DNA of 64,000 nucleotides from Callorhinchus milii (taxonomy: Eukaryota). Both the position numbers and the translations under genes were made by a program. The stretch is from contig NW_024704743.1 in assembly GCF_018977255.1 (NCBI RefSeq), positions 45,882,001 to 45,946,000 of the forward strand, in the 5' to 3' direction. A model generated the notes under the pieces. It ran no database searches and was not told the origin of the DNA. It was given only the letters and a program-made list of their open reading frames with translations. Positions 62,636 to 64,000 of the stretch are shown here, piece by piece. Each line of letters starts with the position of its first letter. Within the stretch, counting starts at the first letter, position 1.

Positions 62636-63035
62636 TCACAGAATGCATAGAATATTACAGCACAGAAGGAGGCCATTCAGCCTATCGAGCCTGTGCCAGC
62701 TCTTTGGAGCTACCCAATCAGTCCCACTCCCCTGCTCTTTCCCCATAACCTTATATATTTTTCCTTTTCAAGTACCTGTTGGATTCTGTTTTGAAAGTTG
62801 TTATTGAATAGGTTTCCATCACTCTTTCAGGCAATGCACTCTGTAAAAAAAAATCTCATCTCCCCTCTAGTTCTTTTGCCAATTATATTAAATCTATGTC
62901 TCCTAGTTACTGACTCACCTGTCAGTGGAAGCAGTTTCTTCCTATCTACTCTATCAAAACCCCTCATAATTTTGAACACCTCTGTTAAATCTGCCCTTAA
63001 CCTTCTCTGCTGTAAGGAGAACAATTCCGGCTTGA
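62636..63035 (-). mobile_element. CR1 3' fragment
   Basis: LFSLQQRRLRADLTEVFKIMRGFDRVD...TRRHRF plus a CR1 3' tail at 62636-62700. Confidence 0.85.
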
Positions 63036-64000
63036 GTGAAGTCATTGGCTGAAATCATTCTTTAAATCTTGTTAACACCTTGTCAACTATCAGAAATGCC
63101 TTAGATTACTGCAGCTTTGCTTGGCTTTGTCAGGTTTTTCTCCATGAGGCAGTTCACCCCTAGGGAGGCCCTGCCTACCTCCTGTAAGAGAGAGTATTTC
63201 ATAGACGTGGCATTTAATCTATTGATATTGAAAGGCTGAGCGTACTTACCAGGATTCAAATTAATTTTATCCTCTGTGCAATGATATTGAGGCTGATTTC
63301 AGCACTGCAACTGAGGCCCTGATTGAGACCAGTTAATTCAGCACAAATCCGAGCAAAGCAAAATAAGTTGTATTTTTTTTAAACACGTTATAAAGTTTAA
63401 ATGCTTCGAAACACTTCACAGATTACTGTCAGATGTAGTGACTGTTTTTGTAGGCAAATATAGCTGTCATTTGTACCAATAATGTTCCCACAATGATCAG
63501 TCAGTTTTTAATCTGAAGGATTGTTGGCCAGGATACTCAGAGAAACCCCCTTTTAGGATAATTGATGCAAGTGTGAATTGAGTTCCTCAGAACATTTCAA
63601 GATCATCTTGAGAAGGTAGGTTTCGCACCTTTTGCAGAACAGCTGAAACCAATGCGAAACGAAACATAAACTTTAAATTGTCTTTGGCTGAGCAGAGCAG
63701 TTCAAGTGGGTAAAACATTTGCAGTCGTTTGCACCTCTTGGAAGCTGTTATTGGTGTCAAGCCAGTATCGGAACCATAATAACACTAAAACATAATAATA
63801 CTATTTAAGACTATTAAGATCTACTGAGTCCATCTATATATTTGGTGCTGTTTATCATCTTCATTTGTGCCACGTTGTAGCCCCTACTCCAAGCTTGCTC
63901 AAAGATTCAGACCTTGATATCAAACAGTTGGTGACCTGTTACCCGTATCTAAGGATGATGTTTTTCAACTTTTAGTTTTTTATATTTTTGACAGATATCA

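Overview
Repeat-rich vertebrate genomic DNA, most likely from a cartilaginous fish (possibly a chimaera). This is inferred from the retroposon content: CR1 and L2 LINEs, Deu-type tRNA SINEs and an LF-SINE-like relic. The only host coding sequence I can support is one 93-bp + strand exon (53935-54027) encoding (E)SDHLRHVEKDVLIPKMVREKAKELCSDSVQ, which matches the N-terminal exon of CMC1 (twin CX9C cytochrome c oxidase assembly factor). The rest is intronic or intergenic. It holds two young, near-identical L2 copies in opposite orientation, several dead CR1 fragments (one nested in an L2), many tRNA-Ala-headed SINEs sharing an L2-type 3' tail, and an older Deu-SINE family. There is also an unclassified ancient ~400-bp family in about 8 copies, hAT MITE relics, a ~220-bp palindrome, local duplications, and a 4.4-kb satellite block around a 25-N gap flanked by an inverted duplication. 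Several repeat-free stretches look like candidate enhancers. Nearly all ORFs in the supplied track are retroelement remnants or low-complexity artefacts. I found no convincing new biological system; the best leads concern transposon biology and possible regulation of CMC1. All family assignments are by eye and from memory of consensus sequences; no searches were run.
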